Of a stretch of DNA of 64,000 bases, positions 10,501-21,743 are shown one piece after another (the stretch's first letter is position 1; the number at the start of each line of letters is the position of its first letter). The DNA comes from Candidatus Poribacteria bacterium. GTDB lineage: Bacteria; Poribacteria; WGA-4E; UBA9662. Both the position numbers and the translations under genes were made by a program. The notes under the pieces are model-generated. The model was not told the origin of the DNA and did not search any database. It saw only the letters and a list, made by a program, of their open reading frames with translations. The stretch spans positions 18,856-82,855 of the forward strand of contig JASMLX010000007.1 of NCBI GenBank assembly GCA_030748495.1, written 5' to 3'.

Positions 10501-11571
10501 TTACCTGAAATCGGGAACGGCGACCGGCGTCCCACCGTTGGCGATCGATTCTTCTGATACTAACCCTGGAACGGTGAAATCCAGGGCACGGTAGACGTTT
10601 AGGGGAGGTGGTGTGCCGTTAAGGAGGGCGTCGATAAAGTCTCTCAATTCGAAGTATTCACCCGTGACGCCGGCGGCCTGGGCCTCGGCTGAAGGATTGG
10701 TCCATCGATCGGGTAGAAATTCACTTTCAAAGTTGGAAAACGGTTGCCACGCTTCGCCTTCAATCGAGATCTTGGGTTGGTCACCGAATCCTCGTGTTCC
10801 CTCGTAACAGGCTTTGGTGCCTTGAAGACTAAAGTAGCTGTTGGCTGGGCGAGTAGAGAGCATATCGATCCGGATCTTGATTAAGCAGTCACTCTCGGTT
10901 TTGCACAGCATCAGCACGGTATCTTCCATGGCGTGTTCAGGGTCGGTGTGTATGCCGGTACCCAAAGAGCAGACGCTCTTCACCCGTTCACCGAACCAGT
11001 CTAGCACCGGTCCCAGGCTATGGGTGGCATAGTTGCAGCGGTTGACGCCCACCTGCCAGTAATACCGCCAGGTTGGATTTCCCTGTCCATCGTGGTGAAG
11101 AGATTTGATGTCGTGGACATACTCACCTTCACCGAAGTAGATGTCGCCAAAAACGCCCTGCTGGACCATATTACGAATCAGTATATTCGACTTTTGGTAG
11201 CAGAGATTTTCGGCCATCATATATTGGGCCGAACTGCTTTCGACCGCCTGCACTAATTCAGTACACTGATCCAGCGAAACCGCGGCCGTAACCTCGCTAA
11301 TCACATGCTTACCCGCTTGCAGGGCCTGAACCGACTGGGGAACATGCAGGTTCTCCGGCGTAGCCAAGACCACGATATCGACCTGATCCAGCAGGTCGTC
11401 GTAGTTGGTGAATCGTTGTTTGATCTGATACTGATCGCCAATCTGATCCAGCGCGGACTGATCCAGATCGCAGATGGCGGTTACCTCTGTTTCTGCCATA
11501 GCGGCAAAGGGGCTAAAATAGGATCGACCTCGACCCGCGCCGACAATCCCGATCCGAAATTTTTCACTCAT
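10501..11571 (-). CDS. Gfo/Idh/MocA family oxidoreductase
   Basis: 'GIVGAGRG', 'GKHVISEV', 'YMMAEN', 'GEGEYVH', 'YATHSLGP'. Confidence 0.9.
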   Translation of the reverse strand: MSEKFRIGIVGAGRGRSYFSPFAAMAETEVTAICDLDQSALDQIGDQYQIKQRFTNYDDLLDQVDIVVLATPENLHVPQSVQALQAGKHVISEVTAAVSLDQCTELVQAVESSSAQYMMAENLCYQKSNILIRNMVQQGVFGDIYFGEGEYVHDIKSLHHDGQGNPTWRYYWQVGVNRCNYATHSLGPVLDWFGERVKSVCSLGTGIHTDPEHAMEDTVLMLCKTESDCLIKIRIDMLSTRPANSYFSLQGTKACYEGTRGFGDQPKISIEGEAWQPFSNFESEFLPDRWTNPSAEAQAAGVTGEYFELRDFIDALLNGTPPPLNVYRALDFTVPGLVSEESIANGGTPVAVPDFR

Positions 11572-11582
11572 CTTCGTTTCTC

Positions 11583-12584
11583 CTATTCCATTTTGGTAAC
11601 TTTGACCGGTTGACCGGTTCTAGCCGACTCGACGCCCGCTACCAGCGCAGCAACGGTTTTTGCGCCCTCAATAACGTCAATCTGCGGTTTTGTCCCGTTG
11701 AGAACACAGCTCAGAAAGTGATCCACTACCGCCTCGATAGCATCACCTTCGCTTGTCACCTCGATCGGTTCCGGTTCTCCCTGACGATAGATCCGGTCTC
11801 TCCAAATGGTGCCTTCGGTACCGTAAATGGAGAGAAGTCCCTCTCCCATGCCGTGGCCGCGACAGCCACTGCTAGCCAGAACCTTTCCCAGACATCCGTT
11901 CTCAAACTGAAAGGTGAAAATGTAACAGTCGTCCAGAGGGAAGTCTGGCAAGGTATCACCATTAGCGTAGGCGTGTACCTCCACGATTTCCGAATCGACC
12001 GTCCAGCGCAGAAGATCTAAGGGGTGGCATCCACCACCGATCAGAATATTCTGCGGATTTTTGGGATCCGACCGCCAGGTCATCGGGGTATAGTAAGAGC
12101 GCATATCGTGGATGTAGCTGCCCTCGACGAAAAATGCGCGCCCGATTTGCCCCTGATCGTAGATCTGCTTGATCCGCTGATAGATCGGTTGAAAACGCAT
12201 GAATTGGCTGGCCATGAAGGTTAACCCCGTCTGCTTAACCTTCTGGACCAACGCGTGACAATCCTCCAGATTATCGGTTAGCGGTTTTTCACACAGGACA
12301 TGCTTGCCGGCCTCCAAAGCGGCCAAGGCGTGTTCGGCATGCAGATGGTCGGGGCTACAGACCATGGCAATATCAATCTGATCGTCAGCCAGCAGTTGAC
12401 TGATGTCGGCATACTGCTGATAGGCTTTATCGGCAGATGAGACTTTGGCTTCGGTACCGTCAGGTGTGTTGTCAGTTTGGCAAAAGCCCATCATCTCGAT
12501 TTGTAGGTGTTGACAAAACCCTTGAATATATCCATTTAAATGGACATCATCGCCAATGAAACCGACGCTTAAACGCTTCTTCAT
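11583..12584 (-). CDS. Gfo/Idh/MocA family oxidoreductase
   Basis: 'GKHVLCEKPL', 'GGGCHPLDLLRW'. Confidence 0.9.
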   Translation of the reverse strand: MKKRLSVGFIGDDVHLNGYIQGFCQHLQIEMMGFCQTDNTPDGTEAKVSSADKAYQQYADISQLLADDQIDIAMVCSPDHLHAEHALAALEAGKHVLCEKPLTDNLEDCHALVQKVKQTGLTFMASQFMRFQPIYQRIKQIYDQGQIGRAFFVEGSYIHDMRSYYTPMTWRSDPKNPQNILIGGGCHPLDLLRWTVDSEIVEVHAYANGDTLPDFPLDDCYIFTFQFENGCLGKVLASSGCRGHGMGEGLLSIYGTEGTIWRDRIYRQGEPEPIEVTSEGDAIEAVVDHFLSCVLNGTKPQIDVIEGAKTVAALVAGVESARTGQPVKVTKME

Positions 12585-12790
12585 GCTTGTTCTCCTTTAA
12601 TTTAGCACGGTAAAAGACTTTACCAAGTGGTCGAAAATTGTGTTAAAGACCTCAAAGTACGGTTCCAACCGGGCTAAACCATACACCTTAACTCAAGCTC
12701 AAGTCAAATCCAAGATACGGACAACCTGTTAGCTAAACTTGTTAGCGAAGCGACATCCTCAACTCGATAGCCAAACTAAGCCCATCGGCC

Positions 12791-12809
12791 TGAGATGGAA
12801 GCCATCTCA
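12791..12809. terminator. Possible terminator hairpin
   Basis: Perfect 8-bp stem TGAGATGG-aag-CCATCTCA downstream of the metallophosphoesterase gene; no clear U-tract. Confidence 0.3.
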
Positions 12810-12882
12810 TAGCTCAGCCTGGTGTCGATTCACCTCTCCTCAACTGGACACCAAAAGTACATGCACTAAGAACGCAAATACA

Positions 12883-13791
12883 TTAAGCATCGAGGTTTTT
12901 GCTGGTCGCTTTACGATAGCCGATAACAGAGAGGCTATTATCAGCATCTATTTCAACAACTGCATAGGCGTTATTTTCTTCGCCCTCTCCCACCACCACT
13001 GCTTGAAGTGTATAGTAGTGGATACCATTAATACGGTTATACTGTCCCGCGTGTTGGTGACCATGAAAGACGGCCCGGACCTTTCCTGAGGCCTCCAGTA
13101 GGCCTCTGACTTCCGGCGCATTATTGATGTAGTGGGTGCCTACGCCATCCAACAGTTGGTGCACAAAAACGATAGTCGGAAACGAACTGGCATTCAACTG
13201 TTGTTTTAGCCAACCGAGTTGGTTAGCCGGAATATTGGCCTCGGTCCAGTCAAAGTTGCCGTGGTCGTAGGCCTCACCGTCAGAGCGAAAGTTGGCATCT
13301 AAGACGATAAACTGAAACCCGGCCAAACTAAAGTTGTAAAACGTTGCCTCTGGTGAAATGCCGGTATTGGTGGTCTCAGATAGAAACTGAGACTTGGAGA
13401 TACTGTCCAGATCGTGGTTACCCAGTACATGATAGGTTCGTTCAACACCGCTGCGGAAGACGTTTTCGATAGAGCGCAAATAAGAGAGCGTCAAGGTCTC
13501 ATTTGGCGGACTGTCTTCATCCTTGAAGTCACCCAGTTCTATTAAAAAGTCGACCTGCTGTCGCTTCATGAAATCGACACACTCTTTGACTTTGGCCAGA
13601 GATTGACGATAGTAACGGCTTCCTTTGCTATCAACGTCGGCATAATGCGGATCCGTTACCATACCAAAACGTAATTTAGGGGTTGTTGTGGCAGCATAAG
13701 TAGATGTTGAGATCACGGCGGCTCCAACGGTGGCTGACGATTTAAAAAAGTCTCTTCGGTTGATTATCCATTCTATGTTTTGTGAATCCAT
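12883..13791 (-). CDS. Tat-exported calcineurin-like metallophosphoesterase
   Basis: Twin-arginine 'NRRDFFK'; motifs DxH, GD, GNHD, H and GHxH. Confidence 0.9.
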   Translation of the reverse strand: MDSQNIEWIINRRDFFKSSATVGAAVISTSTYAATTTPKLRFGMVTDPHYADVDSKGSRYYRQSLAKVKECVDFMKRQQVDFLIELGDFKDEDSPPNETLTLSYLRSIENVFRSGVERTYHVLGNHDLDSISKSQFLSETTNTGISPEATFYNFSLAGFQFIVLDANFRSDGEAYDHGNFDWTEANIPANQLGWLKQQLNASSFPTIVFVHQLLDGVGTHYINNAPEVRGLLEASGKVRAVFHGHQHAGQYNRINGIHYYTLQAVVVGEGEENNAYAVVEIDADNSLSVIGYRKATSKNLDA

Positions 13792-13847
13792 ATCTTACAT
13801 ATTACCAGTTGAAAAATTACCAAACCCAGGACAGTGGTTGTGTGTCT

Positions 13848-14306
13848 AACCCCACCCCAACCCGCCCCTTACTAAGGGGAGGGAGCACGGGCGATATGTC
13901 GGGGAGAGAAAATCCAGTTTCGCCATGGTCAAATATCATAGACCTACACTAATCCTATACCGTAGGAGCCAAGCAAACTTCGTCCCATTGGTTTTACCAG
14001 CAACTGGCTGTTGGTCATCGACCCACCTTTGATGATCGACTCCTCTGCTTTGCCCAAGTGGGCCAAATTATCAATATCTTATTGGGCCAAGCAGCCAACT
14101 TCTTCTCAATCATCATCTTAGCGCTACAACAATCGTTTTTGTCACTCGAACATCCTCTCATCTGCTTGGTCCTTACAAACATATATACCATGTTTCCCTG
14201 CACCAAATATATAGGTCTCAAAACCAACATTATTGGCAGTACTTCATGGACGTTCCGTCTACTCCTAACTCCCTCCCTTTACCAAGGGGAGGGCCGGGGT
14301 GAGGTT
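13848..14306. repeat. Inverted pair of 38-bp REP-like palindromes (REPIN/MITE-like)
   Basis: 13848-13885 matches the reverse complement of 14269-14306 at 31/38 nt; each copy contains a CCC(C/T)TT..AAGGGG hairpin. Confidence 0.7.
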
Positions 14307-14328
14307 CTGCCTGCGGTAAGCCCCTCAA

Positions 14329-17104
14329 TCAAAACCGCATCGCCAACCGAATGTTTGGTGATTGCGGGTTGGGCTTAGCGACAACCTCGAAACGGGGTGT
14401 GGGTGTCACCTGCTGGACAATGGAAGGTGACTTGAGCCTAGTCAAATAGGTATGGGCCAAATTTACACCCCAAACCACCGCAACCCTGATGGCAAATGAC
14501 CTCTCTGTAGATTGGGCCTTCTTGACCTGATTATAAAGGACTTTGGCTTCATCAAATCGTGGCTCATCAAATTCATCTGGAGTAAAGGCCTCTCTGTAAG
14601 TGCCAACAAGCGTATCGTAGTCAGCGATTGCTTTAGTCGCCTCCCGATGCGCATTTCGAAACCTCCAGACGGAGCCGGCCGCCGTTACCATAAAGACTGA
14701 TCCCCAACCGCCCCGACCACCGTGGAATTGCCCCCAACCCGGCACCAGCGAAGAGCTCCAGAGCATACCCATCCGACGTTTTATCCTGTAACCGGGTCTG
14801 AGTCGCAGGTCGAAAGAGAGATCTGTTTCGCCGTTGGGAGGAAGGGAAACGGCCTCCATTGGTTGGGTATATGCCGGTCCGCCACTCAATTGGATCGCAT
14901 GCTCACCCGGTGGTAAATTAAGGGTGGAAGGCGTGGTGCCCATCCGCTGCTCGTTTACCATTACAGTTGCGCCGGAGGGAGACGAAGTCACACGCAGACT
15001 CGGTGGTGTTGGCAGGTCGAACCACACACTTTGATCACCCGGCGAAACCTCCACCGTTTTGGTTTCTGACGGTTGGTAATCGCCGTAATCGAGGCTAAAG
15101 CGTTTGCTCACTTTCACCTCATGTCTGCCTAAAGGGAGTTGGCTTTGGTCGAATGGGGTCGTGCCGACCCTCTGGCCGTCGATGAAAACGTCGGCCCGGG
15201 AAGGATTAGAACTGATAGATAGGCGTAGGGTGGGATAGACGAACTGCTTACTATTTTGCGCATAGACCTTGATCACGATGGCCAAGGTCTTGACCCCATT
15301 TCGGCTTTGCAAATTCAGGCGGGCGTGCAAACGGATCTCGACCGTCCCATTCTGCACCGAACTTTTCAGCTTCTTGGCTTGATCGACCGGCACAGCGAAA
15401 TCCCACGAAGAGTCGCGCAACGGAGTATCCTGTTTCGTACTGATTGTGGCGTTGGGAAAGGTCTCCTCTTCAGCATCGTAGGCGCCCAGATCGAGATCGA
15501 GTTCCCCTTCATTAAAGACAGGATCGGCCTCGGTCAGCGGTTGCAGCGCCTGCTGGTAGGCCTCCTTTCTGGTCCGTACTTCGGCCTCCAGTTTGGAGCT
15601 AATCTGACGGACCTCGCGGTTATATCGGTTGGTGGCATCTCTCCCCCGCTGTTTGTCGCGATCGACACGTGCTTGATAGGCGACTTGCTTTTCGAACTCC
15701 CCCTTTCCAGGCGTGCGGATCCGTTGCGGTTTTGGGATGGCTGCGATCTGTTCCTCGATCTCGCTTTCGACTTGCGGACGAACAGCATCAATCTGCAATC
15801 GGATCTGCTCCGCTTTATCCAAGGCTTCGCCCAATGACATCGAAGCGGCGCGTTCGGCCTCCCGTTTTCGGCGTTCGGCTTCGATCTGCCGCTGGAGACG
15901 TTCTTTCCTGGCCTGTTCCTGGCGTGCTTGTTGCCGCACCTCCTGATCACGAATAGCTTGTAGTTCGCGTTGACGTGCCTCTTGCTGGCGTTGTTTCTTG
16001 GCTTGCTGCTCACGCATCTCCTCTGCCTCCTGGTCAGCTTTGGCCTGGCGCAGTCTATTCTCTAGCTCTGCTTGGCGGCGTTTGGTTTCGGCAATTTCAG
16101 TAGCATCCTGGCTTCGTTCCGCCCGATCGCGATCTTGTTGGATTTGTTGGAGTTGCGTTGCCAGGGACTCGGTTTCAGCGCTCAATCGAGACAGACGTTC
16201 CCCTTCACGGTTGGAGGTCAAAATAATCTGGCCCGAGACGTTGGCTCTCATGCGCGGATTCTGTTTTTTGCCGTTTTGAAACGCCCAGGTTTGAACCGAT
16301 TTCGAGGTGTAGTTCGACGCTTCCGATGCGGAGACTACACCGTCCCCCGTTGTCGTCGGCGCGGCCACGCAGACCGTCGATCAGATATTTGGTGAAAATG
16401 CCGTGCCGCGATTTCGGATCCTCGTAAGCCACCTCATTGAGTCTGCACGACGACAGCATCACCCGCCCTTCTGCTTGCTGATCGATGAAATTGGCCAGAT
16501 CATTCCCCATTTCGCCGCTACCCGACTTGTCTTTCCGCGCTCCACTGTGGCAGGCGTCGAAAAACATGACCTAAATTTTGGCTTGAGTTCGATTCATGGT
16601 CCGATCGAAACGCGATCTAGCCACGGCGGTGTCTGCCACGATATTGCGTCGTGTGTCGCGAGTGAGAAAGTAACTTTCGTCCTCCTCCTCAATCCCGTGT
16701 CCGGAAAATAAAATGAAAATCGTGTCCTTTTGGTCTGCATTTTCCTCCAGCGATTTGAGGGCGACCAGAATGTCTTCCCGGTTCGGTTTTATCTCCGTGT
16801 CGTCGGTAATTAGACGGACGTTGCCTGTTTTAAATCCGCCGAAATTTTCGTCGATCAGCAGCTCATACAGTTTTTTAGCATCGTTGACGGCGAAGCGGAG
16901 ATCGGTAATACCGTCGTCGTTGTAGTCGTTGATGCCGATGATGACGGCCCATTTGACACCGCCTGACTGGGTGGTGTAGCGATCCTTGACCTTGAAACCT
17001 TTATTGTCCTGGGCTAGTGTTAATCCGCTACAGATGGCGAAGATCGACACCGCCATGACAACGCTTTCCCAGTGCTGCATGGTCGTCATCTCCATTTCTA
17101 TCAT
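14329..17104 (-). pseudogene. Secreted caspase (C14)-coiled coil-PEGA protein, interrupted
   Basis: Signal peptide, 'SGHG' His and 'DACHSG' Cys, in-frame TAG at 16571-16573, frameshift in G5 run 16344-16348, two PEGA domains, 'SLVPGWGQ' membrane tail. Confidence 0.8.
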
Positions 17105-17291
17105 CTCTATTCGTCATTTTGAACTGAGTGTATCCCAATTCCGCTACTTTTGCAACAGTCCAGACCAAAAAGCCATTAAGAATTACGCCTATAAGCCTAT
17201 CTTATAAAACAGTAGTCTGGCAGGAGCAGAAAACGAAAGCTGCCAACTTCTGGTCTGAGGCGAGTTTAGCTGCTAAACAGGGTAATTTTAC

Positions 17292-19610
17292 TCACGCTAA
17301 CCGGTATGTCTGCCCCTGTTCTGCGGGGAATTCAACTGTTTGGCGGTCGATTTGGGTAGCCGTTACTTCCCGGCCATCAATCGCCTGCACGGTTAGGCTA
17401 CGGTCAGCGCGAACCCGACAGACGTCGGTATAGCTAACGTGGATCTTGGCCTCTTCGATTGTCTGGTCAGACCAGATCATATCGACCTCAAAACCGCCTC
17501 TGGCACGAAGACCGGAAATTTCACCCTTCGGCCAGGCTGAAGGTAGCGCTGGCAGCAGATGAATGAGCCCGGCATGACTCTGCAGCAACATCTCCGCTAT
17601 GCCTGCTGTTCCTCCAAAGTTACCGTCGATTTGAAATGGCGGATGGGTATCAAACAGGTTGGGCAGGGTACAACGGGTCAATAGATCTGTCAGGTGCCGA
17701 TGCGCTGTTTCACCGTTTTCCAAACGGGCAAAGAAACTGACTAACCAGGCCCGACTCCAACCGGTATGCCCTCCACCGTGCGACAGTCGATAATCCAGCG
17801 ATTTTTTGACCGCTTCGGCTAACTCTGGTGTGCCGCTAAGCGTAATCTGCCGTCCCGGATGCAGCCCGTACAGGTGCGACATATGGCGATGTCCCGGCTC
17901 CGGCTCGTCGTAGTCTTCGATCCACTCTTGCAAACGACCTGTCTCTGCGCTGATTTGCAGAGGGGCTAGATCGGCCAGTGCGCTTGCAACACGCAGTCGA
18001 AAGTCACCTTCAAAATCGGGCTCCTCCCGGCGGATCTCATCGATAGCGGCTAAACAGTTGGTGAAGAGATCGTGGGCAATTTGTAGACCCATCGTTGAGC
18101 CGTAGGTAAACATGGAGATGGTACCGTCTGCCTTTTTGAACCGATTTTCTGGAGAGTGGGAGGGATTGGTAACCAGTTTCCCTGACACCGGAGTCTGTTC
18201 GGGCGCCCGCACCAAAAAGTCGAGCATAAACTGGCTACCACCTTTAATTAACGGATAGGCGACCTCTCTCAAAAATTGGCGATCTCGACCGAAAGCGTAG
18301 TGCTCCCAGGGATGCCGGCAGAGCCATGGCCCCCCTACCGGCCAAATGCCCCAGATGCCGTCGGCGGGAACGGTAAAGCCCCAAGTATCAGATAAATGAT
18401 GCACTGTCCAGCCACCTGCGCCGTAGTGAATGCGGGCTGTTCGACTACCCTCCGGAACCAAGCTCTCCATATAATCGAACAGGGGAAGGTGACACTCAGC
18501 TAGGTTACAGACTTCGGCCAACCAATAATTCATCTGCAGATTGATATTAGTGTGGAAATCACTGTTCCAAGGGGCGTTCAGATACTCGTTCCAGACACCT
18601 TGCAGGTTGGCCGGCAATCCGCCCGGACGAGAACTGCCCATTAACAGATAGCGGCCAAACTGGAAATAAAGAGCGAAAAGCTGATGATCAACGCCTCCGT
18701 TTTGTAACGCCTCTAACCGCTCATCTGTCGGTAGATCTGAAGCCTCACCCAACTGGAGTTGGACACGGCGAAACAGTTTCCGGTGGTCGGCGATGTGGCG
18801 CTGACGAAGATCTGCTTCACGTTCGCTGATGAGCCGGGAGAGCGCGTCGGAACAGATTTGGCGTGGGTCAGCAGAGGTGTCGTCCTGATTAACGTAGCTG
18901 GTGGCCGCAGAAAAAATGAGCGTGGTCTCTTTCGCCTGTTGGATTCTCAACTGTCCAGCCGTGGTTTGTGGTTGACCATCGGTAGACAGTATCTGGAGAT
19001 GACCTTCAAAGCGAAGCCCTTCAACACCAATTTGCCCGACTAGCGCAACTGTGTCGGAGGCTAGTACCGCACAGTCGGCACTCTGCTCTCGAGTCAGTTC
19101 AACGGTGAACGTGGTCGGGGCTGTGGTGGTAACTCGAATTACAATCACTTGATTCGGAGCCGAAGCAAACACGTCTCGTTGGTAGGTCACACCGTCTATC
19201 TGATAGGTCGTTGTGGCTACACCCGTATCCAGATCCAGTTCCCGCCGATAAGCGCTCGCCTTATCCGCTGACTCGATATCGTCGAAGATCAAGTTCAAAT
19301 CGCCAAGTGTCTGGTAGGAGTCGATACGGCAGGGAAGCCCCATCATGGTTTCGGCTGCCAATTCGGCGGCGGCTTCATTCTGACCATCGAACAGAAGTTG
19401 CCGCACTGTGGACAAGGCGTCCAGTGCTTGCGGATTATTACGGTCGGTCTTTTTGCCATCCCAAACGGTCTCTTCGTTGATCTGAATCCGCTCTTGCTCA
19501 ATTCCTCCAAAAACCATTGCGCCCAGTCTGCCATTGCCGACGGGGAGTGCTTCGACCCATTCATTTGCGGGTTGTCGATACCAGAGCGTTAAATCAGTCT
19601 GCTGTTCCAT
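17292..19610 (-). CDS. GH95 alpha-L-fucosidase
   Basis: '[13 protein letters not shown]', 'PANLQGVWN', 'NINLQMNYW', 'HRHMSHL', '[10 protein letters not shown]'. Confidence 0.95.
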   Translation of the reverse strand: MEQQTDLTLWYRQPANEWVEALPVGNGRLGAMVFGGIEQERIQINEETVWDGKKTDRNNPQALDALSTVRQLLFDGQNEAAAELAAETMMGLPCRIDSYQTLGDLNLIFDDIESADKASAYRRELDLDTGVATTTYQIDGVTYQRDVFASAPNQVIVIRVTTTAPTTFTVELTREQSADCAVLASDTVALVGQIGVEGLRFEGHLQILSTDGQPQTTAGQLRIQQAKETTLIFSAATSYVNQDDTSADPRQICSDALSRLISEREADLRQRHIADHRKLFRRVQLQLGEASDLPTDERLEALQNGGVDHQLFALYFQFGRYLLMGSSRPGGLPANLQGVWNEYLNAPWNSDFHTNINLQMNYWLAEVCNLAECHLPLFDYMESLVPEGSRTARIHYGAGGWTVHHLSDTWGFTVPADGIWGIWPVGGPWLCRHPWEHYAFGRDRQFLREVAYPLIKGGSQFMLDFLVRAPEQTPVSGKLVTNPSHSPENRFKKADGTISMFTYGSTMGLQIAHDLFTNCLAAIDEIRREEPDFEGDFRLRVASALADLAPLQISAETGRLQEWIEDYDEPEPGHRHMSHLYGLHPGRQITLSGTPELAEAVKKSLDYRLSHGGGHTGWSRAWLVSFFARLENGETAHRHLTDLLTRCTLPNLFDTHPPFQIDGNFGGTAGIAEMLLQSHAGLIHLLPALPSAWPKGEISGLRARGGFEVDMIWSDQTIEEAKIHVSYTDVCRVRADRSLTVQAIDGREVTATQIDRQTVEFPAEQGQTYRLA

Positions 19611-19872
19611 CTGCTTGTTACCTCATGTGGTTGTATGTTGTCAGTCGTTTTGTTACATGTTGACGAAGTATTAGTGTTTATCTCGCCTTATTATGATCTA
19701 ACAATCTAAATCACGCAAGTTTTACCGCTTCAGCTATCTCTTATCGTATCTAGGGATAAGGGTAACGATCGCCATAAGCCGCTTGCCAGATCTCTTTAGA
19801 TCTTGTTACAATTAGTTCGACCCTCCTCTATTAAAATGCGCGTGTTAAAATCAAGGGACAAGTAGAACTGAC

Positions 19873-20445
19873 ATGGGTGGTTTCCGTGAGCATTACATTG
19901 GTGGACTCGTCGTCTATACGACTTTTTTTGTCGTGTCGATGGGGGCTTCGTTAATCGGTGTCTTTCTATTTGATCTGCCACAGAACTGGAATCCAACAGT
20001 GCCGATGGAATTGTTGTCTATCGCCTTCTGTTTCGTGATATCCTTACTTTGTAGCCTGTGGCCGGACGTGGACATCAAGAGTAAGAGTCAGCAGATTTTC
20101 TACGCCCTGTTTGCAGTTTCTAACCTGGTCTTGATCCTTAAACAAGAGTATCGGATCTCGGCCTTTTTCGGTCTGTTTGCTATGCTGCCGATGTTGGGCA
20201 AACATCGGGGATGGACCCATTCACGGCTGACGATGATTCTTTTTCCAGCGCTATTTGTACTGGTCCCGCTCTGTTTTCAGTCGGGTATCGATCACCCATT
20301 GGAGATCTGGAAAAAGTTTGGCCGACTTGAGCAGTTGATTGCCCTCAAGAGTAGTTTGCCTTTTTATGTTGCTGGCGTGGTTGGCTACGCCACACATCTA
20401 CAGGTCGATGCGATTCTCCTGCCAAAATCCAAAAAACGTGCTTGA
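19873..20445 (+). CDS. Membrane-bound metal-dependent hydrolase (YdjM-like)
   Basis: 'PDVD', 'HRGWTHS', 'H-x-x-x-D' motifs with TM helices. Confidence 0.8.
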   Translation: MGGFREHYIGGLVVYTTFFVVSMGASLIGVFLFDLPQNWNPTVPMELLSIAFCFVISLLCSLWPDVDIKSKSQQIFYALFAVSNLVLILKQEYRISAFFGLFAMLPMLGKHRGWTHSRLTMILFPALFVLVPLCFQSGIDHPLEIWKKFGRLEQLIALKSSLPFYVAGVVGYATHLQVDAILLPKSKKRA

Positions 20446-21715
20446 CATCTCAGCAATCGCATCTACTATTCAGCCGTTACAGCAGTTTGCTCAGTCAAAA
20501 CAGGTCTCCCTGTATCTGGTTGGCGGCTCTGTTCGGGATCTTCTACTGGCTCGTCCGACTACCGACCTCGACTTTACGTTAGCCGAAAATGCTATCACGA
20601 TAGCTCAAGATTTCGCCAGGACCATCGATGCGACTTGCATCCAGTTGGAGACGGATCCACCGACCGCACGGGTGATTTCCAGTCGGTCAACCCCACCTCA
20701 GATTTATGACTTAGTTCAGTTTCGGGGACAGGATTTGGAGGCGGACCTGCGACTTCGAGATCTGACCATCAATGCCATGGCGTATAATCTGGATCGACAG
20801 AATTTGATTGATCCTTGTGGAGGCCAACAGGATTTAGCCACGAAAATCCTGCGTTTCCCGGCTCGACAGGTGGTGATCGACGACCCGCTCCGCATGCTGC
20901 GCCTGTTCCGTTTTGCGGCCCAACTCGAGTTCCAGATTGATCCCGCTTCGCTGTCACTGGTTAGCCAGCTAGCAGACACCTTGTCACAGTCGGCCACAGA
21001 ACGCATACGGGATGAATTTCTGAAAATGATGACTGTGAACCAATCAGTACCCATATTGGAAACCATGCAGGACATTGGGTTGCTTCAACAGATCTTAAAA
21101 TCAGATTTTGAGGTGGCAAAGAAAAAGATCTCTTTTTTTGAGCAGCAACCGGTTCCGGATCAACTCAACCAATACCTGCAACAAGCGGAAGAATTGTCAG
21201 TAGAAGATTATCTGATTCATGAGGTCGTCGCAGGTCTAAACCGATCTACGCTGATTAAACTCAGTTTGCTTTCTCCAGCAGAGGATTGGAAAAGACTGCT
21301 ATTAGGACGAAAAGCTGAGCAACTGCTGTCCAATTGGAAACTGGGATTTCAGCAATTCCCATCACTTGATCAAGATCCAACACCGTTTTTACGGACCTTG
21401 CGGCGTGAATGGATCGGTGTGATCGTCCAATACTTTGCCACGGTACAGGCCCAGGCAAAGAGAGAGGCTTCAACCTCAATTACTGATTTTGAGCAGATTG
21501 CCCTTTCGATTGGAGTGTGCTATTATGAAAAAGTCTTGCCGATTTTGAAGCGAGGGTCTCTGCTGACCGGTAAAGCCCTGATCCAGATCTTCAAGATTTC
21601 TGAAGGACCGCAGATTGGTCGGATTCTAACTTACCTTGACGACCTTCAATTTGCAGGACTGATCAGAACACAAGATGAAGCCTGTCAAGCAGTCTCTAAG
21701 TACTTAAATCAGTAG
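20438..21715 (+). CDS. Class II tRNA nucleotidyltransferase, probably CC-adding type
   Basis: 'GGSVRD', 'DLDF', 'RDLTINAMA', 'DDPLR', 'ERIRDE'; probable GTG start at 20438 overlapping the upstream stop. Confidence 0.85.
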   Translation: MLDISAIASTIQPLQQFAQSKQVSLYLVGGSVRDLLLARPTTDLDFTLAENAITIAQDFARTIDATCIQLETDPPTARVISSRSTPPQIYDLVQFRGQDLEADLRLRDLTINAMAYNLDRQNLIDPCGGQQDLATKILRFPARQVVIDDPLRMLRLFRFAAQLEFQIDPASLSLVSQLADTLSQSATERIRDEFLKMMTVNQSVPILETMQDIGLLQQILKSDFEVAKKKISFFEQQPVPDQLNQYLQQAEELSVEDYLIHEVVAGLNRSTLIKLSLLSPAEDWKRLLLGRKAEQLLSNWKLGFQQFPSLDQDPTPFLRTLRREWIGVIVQYFATVQAQAKREASTSITDFEQIALSIGVCYYEKVLPILKRGSLLTGKALIQIFKISEGPQIGRILTYLDDLQFAGLIRTQDEACQAVSKYLNQ

Positions 21716-21743
21716 AACTCAAATCAGCAAAACTCAAGCTAAA

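Noticed and set aside
15256-16395. Several 70-190 aa ORFs overlapping the caspase-PEGA gene
   Set aside because: Antisense or alternate-frame shadows of a repetitive coiled-coil gene. The same applies to most short ORFs overlapping annotated genes.
16571-16573. Pyrrolysine or programmed readthrough of the caspase TAG
   Set aside because: A second lesion (frameshift) lies in the same gene, there are no pyl genes in view, and TAG is used as a normal stop elsewhere in the window.
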